64,000 nt of DNA from an uncultured Alphaproteobacteria bacterium (lineage in GTDB: Bacteria > Pseudomonadota > Alphaproteobacteria > Rs-D84), in the NCBI GenBank assembly GCA_944389465.1, contig CALXML010000006.1:13-64012 (forward strand). Direction: 5' to 3'. Positions within the stretch are counted from its first letter, which is position 1. Each line of letters begins with the position of its first letter. This document shows positions 9,242-18,757 of the stretch, one piece after another. Made by a program: the position numbers and the translations under genes. Under the pieces are notes generated by a model, which saw only the letters and a program-made list of their open reading frames with translations, ran no database searches and was not told the DNA's origin.

Positions 9242-10474
9242 CTATGCCTTGCCCGCGGGATGCGTGGTTTTAACGGCACGTGCGCCAATAGCGGGTGTCA
9301 CAGCGCATTTGTCGCGCACAAACAACAGCGACCACAATCCAACACCAATTAATATTAATCCCAACGCGCAAATACTGTAACGCCAACTGCCCAGCATGCC
9401 ACCCAAACCGATAACCAAGCACGTCCCTATATAAATAATATTATCGCCAATGCTGTATAACGACAGTATAACAGAACGGTAAGTTGTCGGCACAAAATCT
9501 TGGAAACGCGAATACAGTAAAACATTCAATCCGCTGAATAAAACATACGCCAATCCCAATGCCAATAATCCAGACAGCGAATAAAACAACGAAAACAGCA
9601 CAAATGCCGCGCCACCGGCGCAAATCAGACTGTATAAAATCCAATCGCGAACACGTGAAAAGCGATACGCAAACGTTTGCCCCAACACCGCACATCCCAA
9701 AATAAAGAATTGCATCATACCAACAAATTCAACCGGTAAACCTATTTCCAAACCAATTGGACTTAAATAATCATCCAGATACGCGACATTTGCAACCAGC
9801 AAACTGATAATCAGCATTAACAAAATGCATGGTGTTTTTGCGCAAATACGAACACCTGTTTTGAACAATTTCATAAAGTGTGTTTTACGCACACGGCGTT
9901 TGGTATTCGGATGTGATTTTATTTTTATGCGCATTATGCATATCGCAGACAAAGCCAACGAAATTAACGACGCAAACGTAATCCAACCGTATCCTGCAAA
10001 CATTAACAGTGAACCAAATGCGGACAGGGCGGTTCCAGCGGCCTGAACGTTGTAACGCACCCCCAGAACTTTGGAATAAATTTTTTGATGATGTCGCGCC
10101 CGCAGTTCATCGTACACCATACTTTCAAAAGATACATTGAAAAAGGCCCATTCCATACCCCATAAAAACATACCAATGGCAAATCCCCAAAATGTTGGCC
10201 ACACCAGCCACAGTACAAACGCGATTGCCTTTAATAATTGTCCCAATAATATGGCGGGCTTTACACCCAATTTGTTCGTTATCCATGTAACAGGAATTTG
10301 CGTTAAAAAAGTGCCAGCGGATAAAACCACAAACATTAATGACAACTGCATATCTGTCAGGCCATTTTCCTGCATAAATACGGCATAAACGGGTGTTAAC
10401 AGTATCAGTTTATTAAAGAAAGAATATCCATAAACATTACGTAAAAACCGACGTAAATCAGATTTTTTATTCAT
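9242..10474 (-). CDS. MFS transporter
   Basis: 410 aa with about 12 hydrophobic segments and a basic central loop (KSHPNTKRRVRK) typical of MFS topology. Confidence 0.75.
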   Translation of the reverse strand: MNKKSDLRRFLRNVYGYSFFNKLILLTPVYAVFMQENGLTDMQLSLMFVVLSAGTFLTQIPVTWITNKLGVKPAILLGQLLKAIAFVLWLVWPTFWGFAIGMFLWGMEWAFFNVSFESMVYDELRARHHQKIYSKVLGVRYNVQAAGTALSAFGSLLMFAGYGWITFASLISLALSAICIMRIKIKSHPNTKRRVRKTHFMKLFKTGVRICAKTPCILLMLIISLLVANVAYLDDYLSPIGLEIGLPVEFVGMMQFFILGCAVLGQTFAYRFSRVRDWILYSLICAGGAAFVLFSLFYSLSGLLALGLAYVLFSGLNVLLYSRFQDFVPTTYRSVILSLYSIGDNIIYIGTCLVIGLGGMLGSWRYSICALGLILIGVGLWSLLFVRDKCAVTPAIGARAVKTTHPAGKA

Positions 10475-10571
10475 AAACGTTCCTTTCCCATTACGATGGG
10501 AATTATAGCGTAAATATTGATTTTTGTCAAAAAAAGCACTATAATAATATGGGTATACATGGGGCGAAAAT

Positions 10572-12821
10572 ATGGCAAATATGAATGAATTTTTATTGCA
10601 GTATTATATGCAACGGCGTTTTAACAATATGCCGGCTGAGGTTCGTGCCCAATTTGATGTATACCTGTCGTCTGATGATTTCCGTGGAAATATGAAGAAT
10701 TGGAAATCAAAATTAATGCATCAGGATGCCAATGGCAAATGGGTTAATAATGATATGCCCGACCCCACAGATGCGAATGGCAACTGGTTTATGGATGACA
10801 AAGAATGGACCAAATTTTTTAATGCGTTTCAGGACGCATTCCGTGAAATGTCCGCGTCCAAGGACAGTTTCAAGGAAAATGCCAAGGCCACCAGTTTCCT
10901 GAACGAATATTTTGGCGACCCTGTAACGCACCTGTTTTCAAACGCAGTTGCCAACCCCACGGCCGAGGCATTAATTAACGGTGAATTTAAAAACTTTTTA
11001 ACCACGCATAAAAATGGTTTGGAAATTTATTTTAAGCAGTGGGGGTTGGTTGATTCTGATTTTTCTTATTCAGATTTATTAAGTGGCATTGATTCTAAAA
11101 AATATAATACATCGCCGAATTTTCAGAAAAAAATAAAAACTGTTGCACAATATATAACATTCTATGCGCAACAGGCAGAATTTCAACAGGCCATTGGTCT
11201 GACGGGGCAACCAATTCCTAATTTTAATGATGTGGAAAATGGCTTTGACACCAGTACCGTTAACCCAAATAAATTGGATTATTTCAAGCGTAACTATAAA
11301 TCATTGTTAAATACGCTGGCCACCGATTCCAAGGTTTATGATGTATTCAAATTATATGACCGTGGCAAAATATCCAAACATCTTGATGCGTCGGTTACCA
11401 ATGTTGATTATGCCAATTCCGACAGCAAGGATTATGTTCCGCCAAAGCGCAGTGATGAATTAACCCCGTGGCAACACCTGAAGGATAATGTCAAAGATAC
11501 TTGGACCGATTATATGGATAAGTATATCAAGTTCAAGGGTGACCGCCTGTTCTTTTCTAATTCCGCCCAATTGATATTCAAGGCATTAACCGGTGCAAAA
11601 TTCAAGCCCACCGACGGGTTGGCCAAACTGGTTGACAGTGCCGGTGATATAAAAAAGAATTTGATGTATAAATCACCCCGTGCGGTTGACCATTTTGATT
11701 GGATGAATAAAACACTGGGTGAATTAAAAAATACTATGCCGCGGGCATTTGCCGGTGCGCTGAAAACCGGTCGTCAAATGAAAGCACTGGTTTCCGAACT
11801 GGTTATCAAGGCCGTCCGTGAAAACAAAATGGACGAGGCTAAAACCGCGATGGAGGTTTTATCCGTAATTAAATATGGTTATACCACCAGTAAAATTATG
11901 GATGTATTGGGAAAAGAAAAACTATCTATCTTTTCCGATGGTGGATTATCGTGGAATAAAAATCAGGCCGTGCAATTTGTAACAAATGCAATGGACAAAA
12001 GTATCAAGGCCGCCTTTATGGGTATCGGCTATTTAATAACAATTGGTGGAAATGCAATCCGCCTGAACGGCAGTAAATTTAACGGTAAAACGGGACGCAT
12101 AAAGAATGCCCGTGATACTTGGATTGCGGATACAGCGGCGCAAAAAAACGTCACCCAGCAACAAAAGGCATCAAACGAAACACAAAAGACCAATTTGGAA
12201 AATGATTTAACGGCAATGCGCAACCGTGGCATAACGGAACAGGCATTGGATGCATCAATTGGGCAATACAGACAGGATATTTCCACATTAAATCAAAATC
12301 TGGACATTCAGGTTAAAAATTTGATTCAATGGGTTCAGAACAATCAAACGCACCCTGATGCAAACAATGTTGCAACATATTTAATGCAAATGCAGGCGGG
12401 GCAAAATCCCACGCCCCCAACTGTTACCGACCCCGCAATTCAGACACAGTTGCAGGCCGTTGTCAATTCCCAGCACGACATTACGGTTAAAACCAAACAA
12501 ATGGACAGAAAAATAAATAAACGTCAGGAATTTGAAAACGCAACACAAACAATCCAGATGTTATCTGACCAAATTACAAAACAAACCGATACGCTGAATA
12601 ATTGGGACAGTAATCATCAGGATAAATATCGCGAATTAATGGCGTATTGGGATATGCTGGAATCTGGCCGCGACAGTCATACCGGCAAAATGTATTCTTG
12701 GATGTTCGGCAACGCAAAAGACAAGCAAAAGAACTTTCACAAGAAAAATCCAAACACCGGCATTTCCGTTGCTGATAAAATAATTTTGGACAATTTGAAT
12801 AACTATTCAATTGCCGCATAA
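10572..12821 (+). CDS. large hypothetical protein (749 aa), Asn/Gln/Lys-rich with coiled-coil C-terminal third
   Basis: Long uninterrupted ORF followed by a clean terminator. No signal peptide and no recognisable domain. Confidence 0.6.
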   Translation: MANMNEFLLQYYMQRRFNNMPAEVRAQFDVYLSSDDFRGNMKNWKSKLMHQDANGKWVNNDMPDPTDANGNWFMDDKEWTKFFNAFQDAFREMSASKDSFKENAKATSFLNEYFGDPVTHLFSNAVANPTAEALINGEFKNFLTTHKNGLEIYFKQWGLVDSDFSYSDLLSGIDSKKYNTSPNFQKKIKTVAQYITFYAQQAEFQQAIGLTGQPIPNFNDVENGFDTSTVNPNKLDYFKRNYKSLLNTLATDSKVYDVFKLYDRGKISKHLDASVTNVDYANSDSKDYVPPKRSDELTPWQHLKDNVKDTWTDYMDKYIKFKGDRLFFSNSAQLIFKALTGAKFKPTDGLAKLVDSAGDIKKNLMYKSPRAVDHFDWMNKTLGELKNTMPRAFAGALKTGRQMKALVSELVIKAVRENKMDEAKTAMEVLSVIKYGYTTSKIMDVLGKEKLSIFSDGGLSWNKNQAVQFVTNAMDKSIKAAFMGIGYLITIGGNAIRLNGSKFNGKTGRIKNARDTWIADTAAQKNVTQQQKASNETQKTNLENDLTAMRNRGITEQALDASIGQYRQDISTLNQNLDIQVKNLIQWVQNNQTHPDANNVATYLMQMQAGQNPTPPTVTDPAIQTQLQAVVNSQHDITVKTKQMDRKINKRQEFENATQTIQMLSDQITKQTDTLNNWDSNHQDKYRELMAYWDMLESGRDSHTGKMYSWMFGNAKDKQKNFHKKNPNTGISVADKIILDNLNNYSIAA

Positions 12822-12825
12822 TGTT

Positions 12826-12849
12826 CACCGCCATTGGCGGTGTTTTTTT
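12826..12849 (+). terminator. rho-independent terminator
   Basis: CACCGCC-ATT-GGCGGTG followed by TTTTTTT. Confidence 0.8.
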
Positions 12850-12914
12850 GCACTTTTACTGTTGAAACACGACGGTGCGTGTGTTATGCTGACCCCATAG
12901 AAAAAGGGGTTATT

Positions 12915-14156
12915 ATGTACATACTTGCTTTGAACTGTGGTTCGTCTTCATTAAAATATCAGGTTTTTGACGCTGATTCAAAAAAATACGTTGTTGGTGG
13001 AAATGTTGAAAAAATTGGACTGCCGGATTCTTTTATTACTCAAAAATATCCGGATGGCACAAAACAGCGCAAAGATACAGAAATGAAAAACCACGACGAA
13101 GCATTAAATGTCGTATTATTTATGTTGCGCGATGCGTCCATTGATATGAATGAAATTGGCGGCGTTGGACACCGTGTTGTTATGGGGGGCGATAAATTTG
13201 CGTCTTCGGTTGAAATTACTGATGAAGTAATGCGCACTATTGATGAATTGTCACCAATTGCACCGCTGCATAATCCATCTGCATTAATGGGTATTGTTAC
13301 GGCAAAACAATTATTGCCAAATGCAAAGCAGGTTGCCGTGTTTGACACCGCTTTTCATCAGACTATGCCGGATTATGCATATCGTTACGCTGTGCCACAT
13401 GCGTGGTATACTGAATTGGGCGTGCGCAGATACGGTTTTCACGGAACATCACACCTGTATGTTTCTAAACGTGCGGCAAAAATGTTGGGTAAACCGGCCG
13501 CGCAGTGTAATTTGATAACATTGCATATTGGGTCGGGCGCATCTGCCACTGCAATTAAAAACGGTGTATCTGTTGATACATCACTGGGGATGACGCCATT
13601 GTCGGGATTAACCATGGGAACGCGTCCGGGGGATGTTGACCCGGGGGTTGTGCTGTATGTTATGGAACGTCTGCATTTAACACCGGACCAAATGCAAAAG
13701 CATTTGAACAAAGATTCGGGCCTGATGGGGGTAACGGAATGCTTTGTTGACCGTCGTGATGTGGAACAAAACCGCGAGGTAAATGATAAATGCCGTTTGG
13801 CCATTGAAATGGAGGCCCACAATGTAAAAAAATACATTGGTGCATATATGGCTGAATTGGGGCACACGGACGCATTGGTATTCACGGCTGGCGTTGGTGA
13901 AAATGATGACTACCTGCGTGAAAAATTCTGCAGCGGATTGGAAGAATTGGGAATTAAATTGGATAAAGAAAAAAATGCCGCCGCATTGGCACGCAAGGGC
14001 GTTGATGAAATGGAAATTTCAGCCCCAGACAGTCGTGTAAAAATATTTATGATTGCCACAAATGAAGAATTAGTTATCGTAGAGGATACAATCGCAATTA
14101 TGAATGGCACATATAATCCAAATCATCTGGTAATGGATTATTCGTTCGCAAAATAA
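12915..14156 (+). CDS. ackA: acetate kinase
   Basis: MYILALNCGSSSLKYQVF N-terminus and YGFHGTSH motif. ATG at 12915 follows AAAAGGGG; the ORF-track extension from 12834 overlaps the upstream terminator. Confidence 0.9.
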   Translation: MYILALNCGSSSLKYQVFDADSKKYVVGGNVEKIGLPDSFITQKYPDGTKQRKDTEMKNHDEALNVVLFMLRDASIDMNEIGGVGHRVVMGGDKFASSVEITDEVMRTIDELSPIAPLHNPSALMGIVTAKQLLPNAKQVAVFDTAFHQTMPDYAYRYAVPHAWYTELGVRRYGFHGTSHLYVSKRAAKMLGKPAAQCNLITLHIGSGASATAIKNGVSVDTSLGMTPLSGLTMGTRPGDVDPGVVLYVMERLHLTPDQMQKHLNKDSGLMGVTECFVDRRDVEQNREVNDKCRLAIEMEAHNVKKYIGAYMAELGHTDALVFTAGVGENDDYLREKFCSGLEELGIKLDKEKNAAALARKGVDEMEISAPDSRVKIFMIATNEELVIVEDTIAIMNGTYNPNHLVMDYSFAK

Positions 14157-14166
14157 AAAAAACGAT

Positions 14167-14191
14167 AAAAACGGGGCATCGCCCCGTTTTT
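14167..14191 (+). terminator. rho-independent terminator after ackA
   Basis: AACGGGGCATCGCCCCGTTTTT, one mismatch from the rne terminator. Confidence 0.75.
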
Positions 14192-14306
14192 GTTAGAGTG
14201 CAGATAACAGAGAATGTTACTCGTGTTTGTGTACAGTCCACAGTCCTTGTCATTGCGAGCAAAGCGAAGCAATCCAGTCATTATAAACTTATTTGCGTCA
14301 GCAAAT
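14167..14306. repeat. dispersed terminator-carrying repeat, partial copy
   Basis: Same module as 3914-4133. Its right part (CATTGCGAGCAAAGCGAAGCAATCCAGT..TATAAACTTATTTGCGTC) is the reverse complement of 4045-4103. Confidence 0.8.
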
Positions 14307-14316
14307 ACATTTTATT

Positions 14317-14390
14317 GTGCAAATTTTGTGCAAAAAATGTGCAAAATTGTGTCAAATTGTGCAAAAATATGACAAAAAACGCAAAAATTT
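14317..14390. repeat. seven helically phased A-tracts (GTGCAAAA-like, 10-11 bp period)
   Basis: Motif starts at 14317, 14328, 14339, 14349, 14359, 14370 and 14380. Confidence 0.7.
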
Positions 14391-14410
14391 TGTGATTGGA
14401 TTAAATCACC

Positions 14411-14441
14411 CAAAAACAAAAATCCCGCGGGAATCCGCGGG
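14411..14441 (-). terminator. terminator downstream of tRNA-Lys
   Basis: CCCGCGG-ATTC-CCGCGGG followed by ATTTTTGTTTTT on the minus strand. Confidence 0.7.
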
Positions 14442-14448
14442 TTTATCT

Positions 14449-14524
14449 TGGTGGGGACACAGGGACTCGAACCCTGGACCCAATGATTAAAAGTCATTTG
14501 CTCTACCAACTGAGCTATGTCCCC
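14449..14524 (-). tRNA. tRNA-Lys (anticodon UUU)
   Basis: 76-nt cloverleaf folded by hand: GGGGACA acceptor, GCTC/GAGC D-stem, anticodon loop CTTTTAA, CAGGG-TTCGAGT-CCCTG T-arm, encoded CCA. Confidence 0.9.
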
Positions 14525-14715
14525 AAAACTGAACCTGAAAATAATGCACATGACATTATTTCCAACGTTCGGGCTCAATTTTGCCATATAAAAAATCAAA
14601 AATCAAGAAAAAATACCACAAAAATTGTTTTGGTTTATAAACACCCCCACCGACCCCAACCAACAAATTATGATACAGGTAAAAAACTGTATAATCAGGT
14701 TGGGCAAAGGGATGT

Positions 14716-15981
14716 TTACTTGCCAATTCGTTTGTATGTGACGTTTTCCTTGGACTGCATAATATTTTCGTCCAACAAATTTCTGTAATCCAATATAACT
14801 GTTGGGCGGCCAAAGGTTACAGATTCCAATTCTTTGAAATCGGGCCATTCTGTTAGTATCACGATTATATCAGCATTTTTAATGCATTCATGCACAGATT
14901 TTTCATATACGATGTTATCGCCCAATACCTGTGATGCGTTTTTCATTGCCTGCGGGTCATACGCATAAATTGGGTTATGGTGTATATTTTTTATAACATC
15001 AATTGCAGGACTGTATCTGACGTCATCCGTACCGTTTTTAAACGCCAATCCCAACACAGCCACGCGTGCATTTTGGCCAACGGATTTAATTTGTTCGTTT
15101 ATACGTTCTGCAATTCGGAATCTGCGGTCATAATTTCCTTGGATAGTGGTGGATACAATTCCCAACTGTACGCCATATTTTCCGGCCATATACGCCAAAG
15201 CATTGGTATCTTTTGGAAAGCAACTGCCCCCATATCCAATGCCGGCGTTTAAAAATTTGCGTCCAATTCTGGAATCTGCACCCATACCGTTGGCGACGTC
15301 GTCCACATTTGCGCCCGCCTGTTCGCATAAGTCGGCTATTTCATTTATAAAATGTATTTTAGTGGCCAAAAAAGCATTTGATGCATATTTTATAATTTCT
15401 GCAGACCGGCGATTTGTATGAATAATTTTTTCTGGTGCAATGTGCGGTGCATATAAATTATAAATTTTATTAAAAGCATCCATACTGTCGGTGCCAATTA
15501 TAATTCTGTCTGGGTGAAAAAAATCATACAGGGCATAACCTTCGCGCAGAAATTCCGGCATAGAAACCACATCCACATTTGGGTTATCTATAATGCGTTC
15601 AATTTCATCGTTTGTTCCCACCGGCACTGTTGATTTAGTCGCAACAATTGCGCCATTTTGCAAGTAAGGCTTTATTTCATTGGCGGCGGCATAAATGTAT
15701 TGTAAATTTGCAGAACCGTCATCTGACATTGGTGTTCCGACGGCCAAAATAATTAATTCAGCATTTTGAATATCAGACATATCGCCAGAAAATCTGATAT
15801 TGCTGTTATTGGATTCATACAATTCCTGTAATCCCTGTTCAAACAACGGCATATGGCCAGATTGCAATACCGCCAGTTTTTGTTCATTATTATCAATGCA
15901 TATAACATTATGACCAAAACTGGCCAATCCACAGGCTGTTGGTAATCCAACATATCCAGAACCAATAACTGCAATATTCAT
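14716..15981 (-). CDS. ugd: UDP-glucose/nucleotide-sugar 6-dehydrogenase
   Basis: N-terminal Rossmann IAVIGSGYVGL and catalytic GGSCFPKD; 421 aa. Confidence 0.85.
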   Translation of the reverse strand: MNIAVIGSGYVGLPTACGLASFGHNVICIDNNEQKLAVLQSGHMPLFEQGLQELYESNNSNIRFSGDMSDIQNAELIILAVGTPMSDDGSANLQYIYAAANEIKPYLQNGAIVATKSTVPVGTNDEIERIIDNPNVDVVSMPEFLREGYALYDFFHPDRIIIGTDSMDAFNKIYNLYAPHIAPEKIIHTNRRSAEIIKYASNAFLATKIHFINEIADLCEQAGANVDDVANGMGADSRIGRKFLNAGIGYGGSCFPKDTNALAYMAGKYGVQLGIVSTTIQGNYDRRFRIAERINEQIKSVGQNARVAVLGLAFKNGTDDVRYSPAIDVIKNIHHNPIYAYDPQAMKNASQVLGDNIVYEKSVHECIKNADIIVILTEWPDFKELESVTFGRPTVILDYRNLLDENIMQSKENVTYKRIGK

Positions 15982-16091
15982 ATTTATACTCCTTGGCTGT
16001 GTATAACAGGAATGAATACATTATTTTTTTTATTAATTCAATAAATAATAAAACTTTGCAATATTCAGAATAAAGATTTAATATTTTCAGT

Positions 16092-16808
16092 ATGAAATTC
16101 ATAGATTCACATTGTCATCTGCAGCAATCTGGGGATGTGGCGGATATTTTGCACAGGGCCACTGATGCTGGCGTTCAGTATTTTATTTGTAATGCAACGT
16201 CACCAGCAGATTGGGCGAATGTTATTAATACAGCAAATAATTATGATGCCGTGCGTGGCTGTATTGGTGTTCATCCGTGGTATATTAATAAATTGCCGGT
16301 AAATTGGGCCGACACAATGAATACAGAATTATTAACAAATCCGGCCTTGATGGTGGGCGAAATCGGGATTGATATCCATCATCCTGATATTTCCGTACAA
16401 CAGGCGGTCTTTGCCACGCAATTAAGTATGGCGCATAAATTATATCGCCCTGTATTTATACATTGTGTTGGGGCGTGGGACCGCATTTTGCGCATTTTAA
16501 AATTAAACCGCGGCAATTTACCGCCGGTTATGGTTGCGCATTCTTTTTCAGGCAGCACCGACATAATGCAACGTTTGGCATCTGAATATAATATGTATTT
16601 TTCATATTCACCAATGATATTTAATAAAAAGCGTACCGGACTGATGCGCAGTGTTTATCAAACTCCATCCGACAGAATTTTGGTTGAAAGTGATGGCATG
16701 AACCCGTCTGTTGTTGTGGATGTTGTTGGGCGTATATCTGAAATAAAATCAGTTGCGAACGATAAAATGGCGGATATCATTTATAGTAACACCATTGGAA
16801 TTTTATAA
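16092..16808 (+). CDS. TatD family metal-dependent hydrolase
   Basis: FIDSHCHL N-terminus and conserved His/Asp positions; 238 aa. Confidence 0.8.
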   Translation: MKFIDSHCHLQQSGDVADILHRATDAGVQYFICNATSPADWANVINTANNYDAVRGCIGVHPWYINKLPVNWADTMNTELLTNPALMVGEIGIDIHHPDISVQQAVFATQLSMAHKLYRPVFIHCVGAWDRILRILKLNRGNLPPVMVAHSFSGSTDIMQRLASEYNMYFSYSPMIFNKKRTGLMRSVYQTPSDRILVESDGMNPSVVVDVVGRISEIKSVANDKMADIIYSNTIGIL

Positions 16809-16812
16809 GATT

Positions 16813-17490
16813 ATGGACAGATTACACAGAACACGTTTATTATTTGGCGATGATGCGATAAAAAAACTGAACAATGCAACAGTGATGATTGTCGGATGTG
16901 GTGCGGTTGGTTCTTTTGCGGCCGAGGCTTTGGCCCGCACCGGCGTTGGCAATATAATATTAATTGATTCTGATTTAATAGAAAAATCAAACATAAATCG
17001 CCAGTTGTTTGCGCTGGATTCCACCATTGGCCGGCCAAAGGTTGACGTGGCCGCCGCGCGGATTCACGATATTAATCCAGATATTCGCGTGACAGCCATG
17101 CAAATGTTTTTTGATGAAAACACCCAATTAAACATCACCCCAGATTTTGTACTGGATGCCATAGATACCGTTCAATCCAAAATGGCACTGTATAAATGGT
17201 GCAGGGCGCATAACGTCGCATTTATATCCAGTATGGGGGCCGCGCGTAAAACTGACCCGACACAAATCAAGATTTCAAAAATATCAAAAACCAGCGTTTG
17301 TCCATTGGCATCAAAAATCAGAAAGTTGTGTCGCGATGAACACTTGCCAGATTTCCCAGTTGTATATTCAACCCAGCCCGCAGATAACAATGTTAACGGC
17401 AAAACGTTTGGTTCGGTTATAACTGTGACCGGAACATTTGGATTGTATTTGGCCAATTACGCCATTGACTTTATCATAAATAATCAATAA
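16813..17490 (+). CDS. tcdA: tRNA threonylcarbamoyladenosine dehydratase (ThiF/MoeB-like)
   Basis: Rossmann VMIVGCGAVGSFAAEALARTGVG plus NRQ motif. ATG at 16813 sits just after the tatD stop. Confidence 0.75.
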   Translation: MDRLHRTRLLFGDDAIKKLNNATVMIVGCGAVGSFAAEALARTGVGNIILIDSDLIEKSNINRQLFALDSTIGRPKVDVAAARIHDINPDIRVTAMQMFFDENTQLNITPDFVLDAIDTVQSKMALYKWCRAHNVAFISSMGAARKTDPTQIKISKISKTSVCPLASKIRKLCRDEHLPDFPVVYSTQPADNNVNGKTFGSVITVTGTFGLYLANYAIDFIINNQ

Positions 17491-17656
17491 TACAGTTGCG
17501 GCAATATATACCTGTTTTTATTTCGTAACATATTGATTTTACAATATAAGAACCTTTTCCTAAATGCGTTATTGCCATTGCAAGTGGTTTTAAAAACAGT
17601 TATAATTCGCTTGTCTTTATACAAGACATATTAAATCTGCAAAAGGAGAAAAAGAG

Positions 17657-17872
17657 ATGAGAGGATTGACAACCTTTGTATTAATGCCATTGACGATTAT
17701 CGGGGCACTGAATTGGGGACTGATAGGAATCTTTGGTTTTGATATTGTCGCGTTTATCTTTGGTCCGGCCACGATTGCCAGCAGCATTGTGTACAGCATA
17801 ATTGGTATTGCGGCATTGGTCTGGGTTATTTGGATGTTCATAGACAGACCACGTAATCGTGATGAACGCTGA
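17657..17872 (+). CDS. DUF378 family small membrane protein
   Basis: IIGALNWGLIGIFGFDIVAFIFG signature and strong RBS AAAGGAGA. Confidence 0.7.
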   Translation: MRGLTTFVLMPLTIIGALNWGLIGIFGFDIVAFIFGPATIASSIVYSIIGIAALVWVIWMFIDRPRNRDER

Positions 17873-17900
17873 TTCAGCATTCAGTATTTTCATGTCAATT

Positions 17901-17921
17901 CGCCCCAAACGGGGCGTTTTT
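17901..17921 (+). terminator. rho-independent terminator
   Basis: CGCCCC-AAAC-GGGGCG followed by TTTTT. Confidence 0.75.
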
Positions 17922-17988
17922 GGTCCGCGTTTATAACAGATATATTTCTGAAACGTATAATTTATTGTCATAACCACAGGAGTATAAA

Positions 17989-18585
17989 ATGGTATATGGC
18001 TATATACGCGTCAGTACGGACCACCAAGATTGTGAAAATCAAAAATTGGGTATAGAAAACAAAGCGCGTGAATTGGGACTGCGTATTGAAAAATATATCC
18101 AAGATTCCGGCGTTTCCGGCACAAAAGAACCAAACAAGCGTGCATTGGGGCTGTGTTTACGCCGATTGCGTTCAGGTGATGTTTTAATATGTTCAGAATT
18201 GTCACGTTTGGGGCGAAAAATGTTTATGATAATGCGAATTTTGGAACATTGTATGAATGTTGGTGCGCGTGTTTATACTGTCAAAGACGGATATGAACTG
18301 GGCGATAATATTCAAAGCAAGGTTTTGGCATTTGCATTTGGCCTGTCTGCTGAAATAGAACGTGATTTAATCAGCCAGCGGACCAAGGAAGCATTGGCCC
18401 TGCGTCGTGCACAGGGGCACAGATTGGGGCGTGCATACGGCAGTCGGAACAAACATCACAAAATGGACGGTAAATACAATATTGTGCAACAAATGTTGGA
18501 AATGGGACATACAAAAACACAGATTGCGCGTAACTGTCATGTATCGGTTGCAACGGTTTCGCGTTTTCTGCGTTTAAACGAATAA
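17989..18585 (+). CDS. serine recombinase (resolvase/invertase family)
   Basis: GYIRVSTDHQ catalytic serine motif, about 140-aa catalytic core, C-terminal HTH (TQIARNCHVSVATVSRFL). RBS CAGGAG. Confidence 0.85.
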   Translation: MVYGYIRVSTDHQDCENQKLGIENKARELGLRIEKYIQDSGVSGTKEPNKRALGLCLRRLRSGDVLICSELSRLGRKMFMIMRILEHCMNVGARVYTVKDGYELGDNIQSKVLAFAFGLSAEIERDLISQRTKEALALRRAQGHRLGRAYGSRNKHHKMDGKYNIVQQMLEMGHTKTQIARNCHVSVATVSRFLRLNE

Positions 18586-18594
18586 TTTTTCAAT

Positions 18595-18716
18595 CAAACG
18601 GTGGTTAGTTTGTTTGTAATTACAATGCCTTTATAATACAAAAAATAATCGTTCAATCAAGTTATTTTTCTTGCATTTTAACCACCGTCAGTTTACATTA
18701 TATTAACCACCGTTTG
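18595..18716. promoter_or_regulatory. inverted-repeat-flanked promoter region (candidate invertible switch or operator cluster)
   Basis: CAAACGGTGGTTA (18595-18607) is the perfect inverted repeat of TAACCACCGTTTG (18704-18716). A third half-copy TTAACCACCGT lies at 18678-18688. TTGCAT (18671-18676) - 17 nt - TACATT (18694-18699) lies between the repeats and points at the downstream operon. Confidence 0.35.
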
Positions 18717-18757
18717 TTTGCACACGTGTTTTTACCATAAATACGGGGGATGCGCAT

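Noticed and set aside
12834-12914. N-terminal extension of ackA from ATG 12834
   Set aside because: The extension overlaps the upstream terminator and has a Cys-rich, non-conserved sequence. The canonical MYILALNCGSSSLKYQ start at 12915 has a good RBS.
14312-14848. ORFs 14312-14599, 14483-14788, 14556-14813 and 14603-14848
   Set aside because: They overlap tRNA-Lys, its terminator or the 3' end of ugd in other frames. Low-complexity translations.
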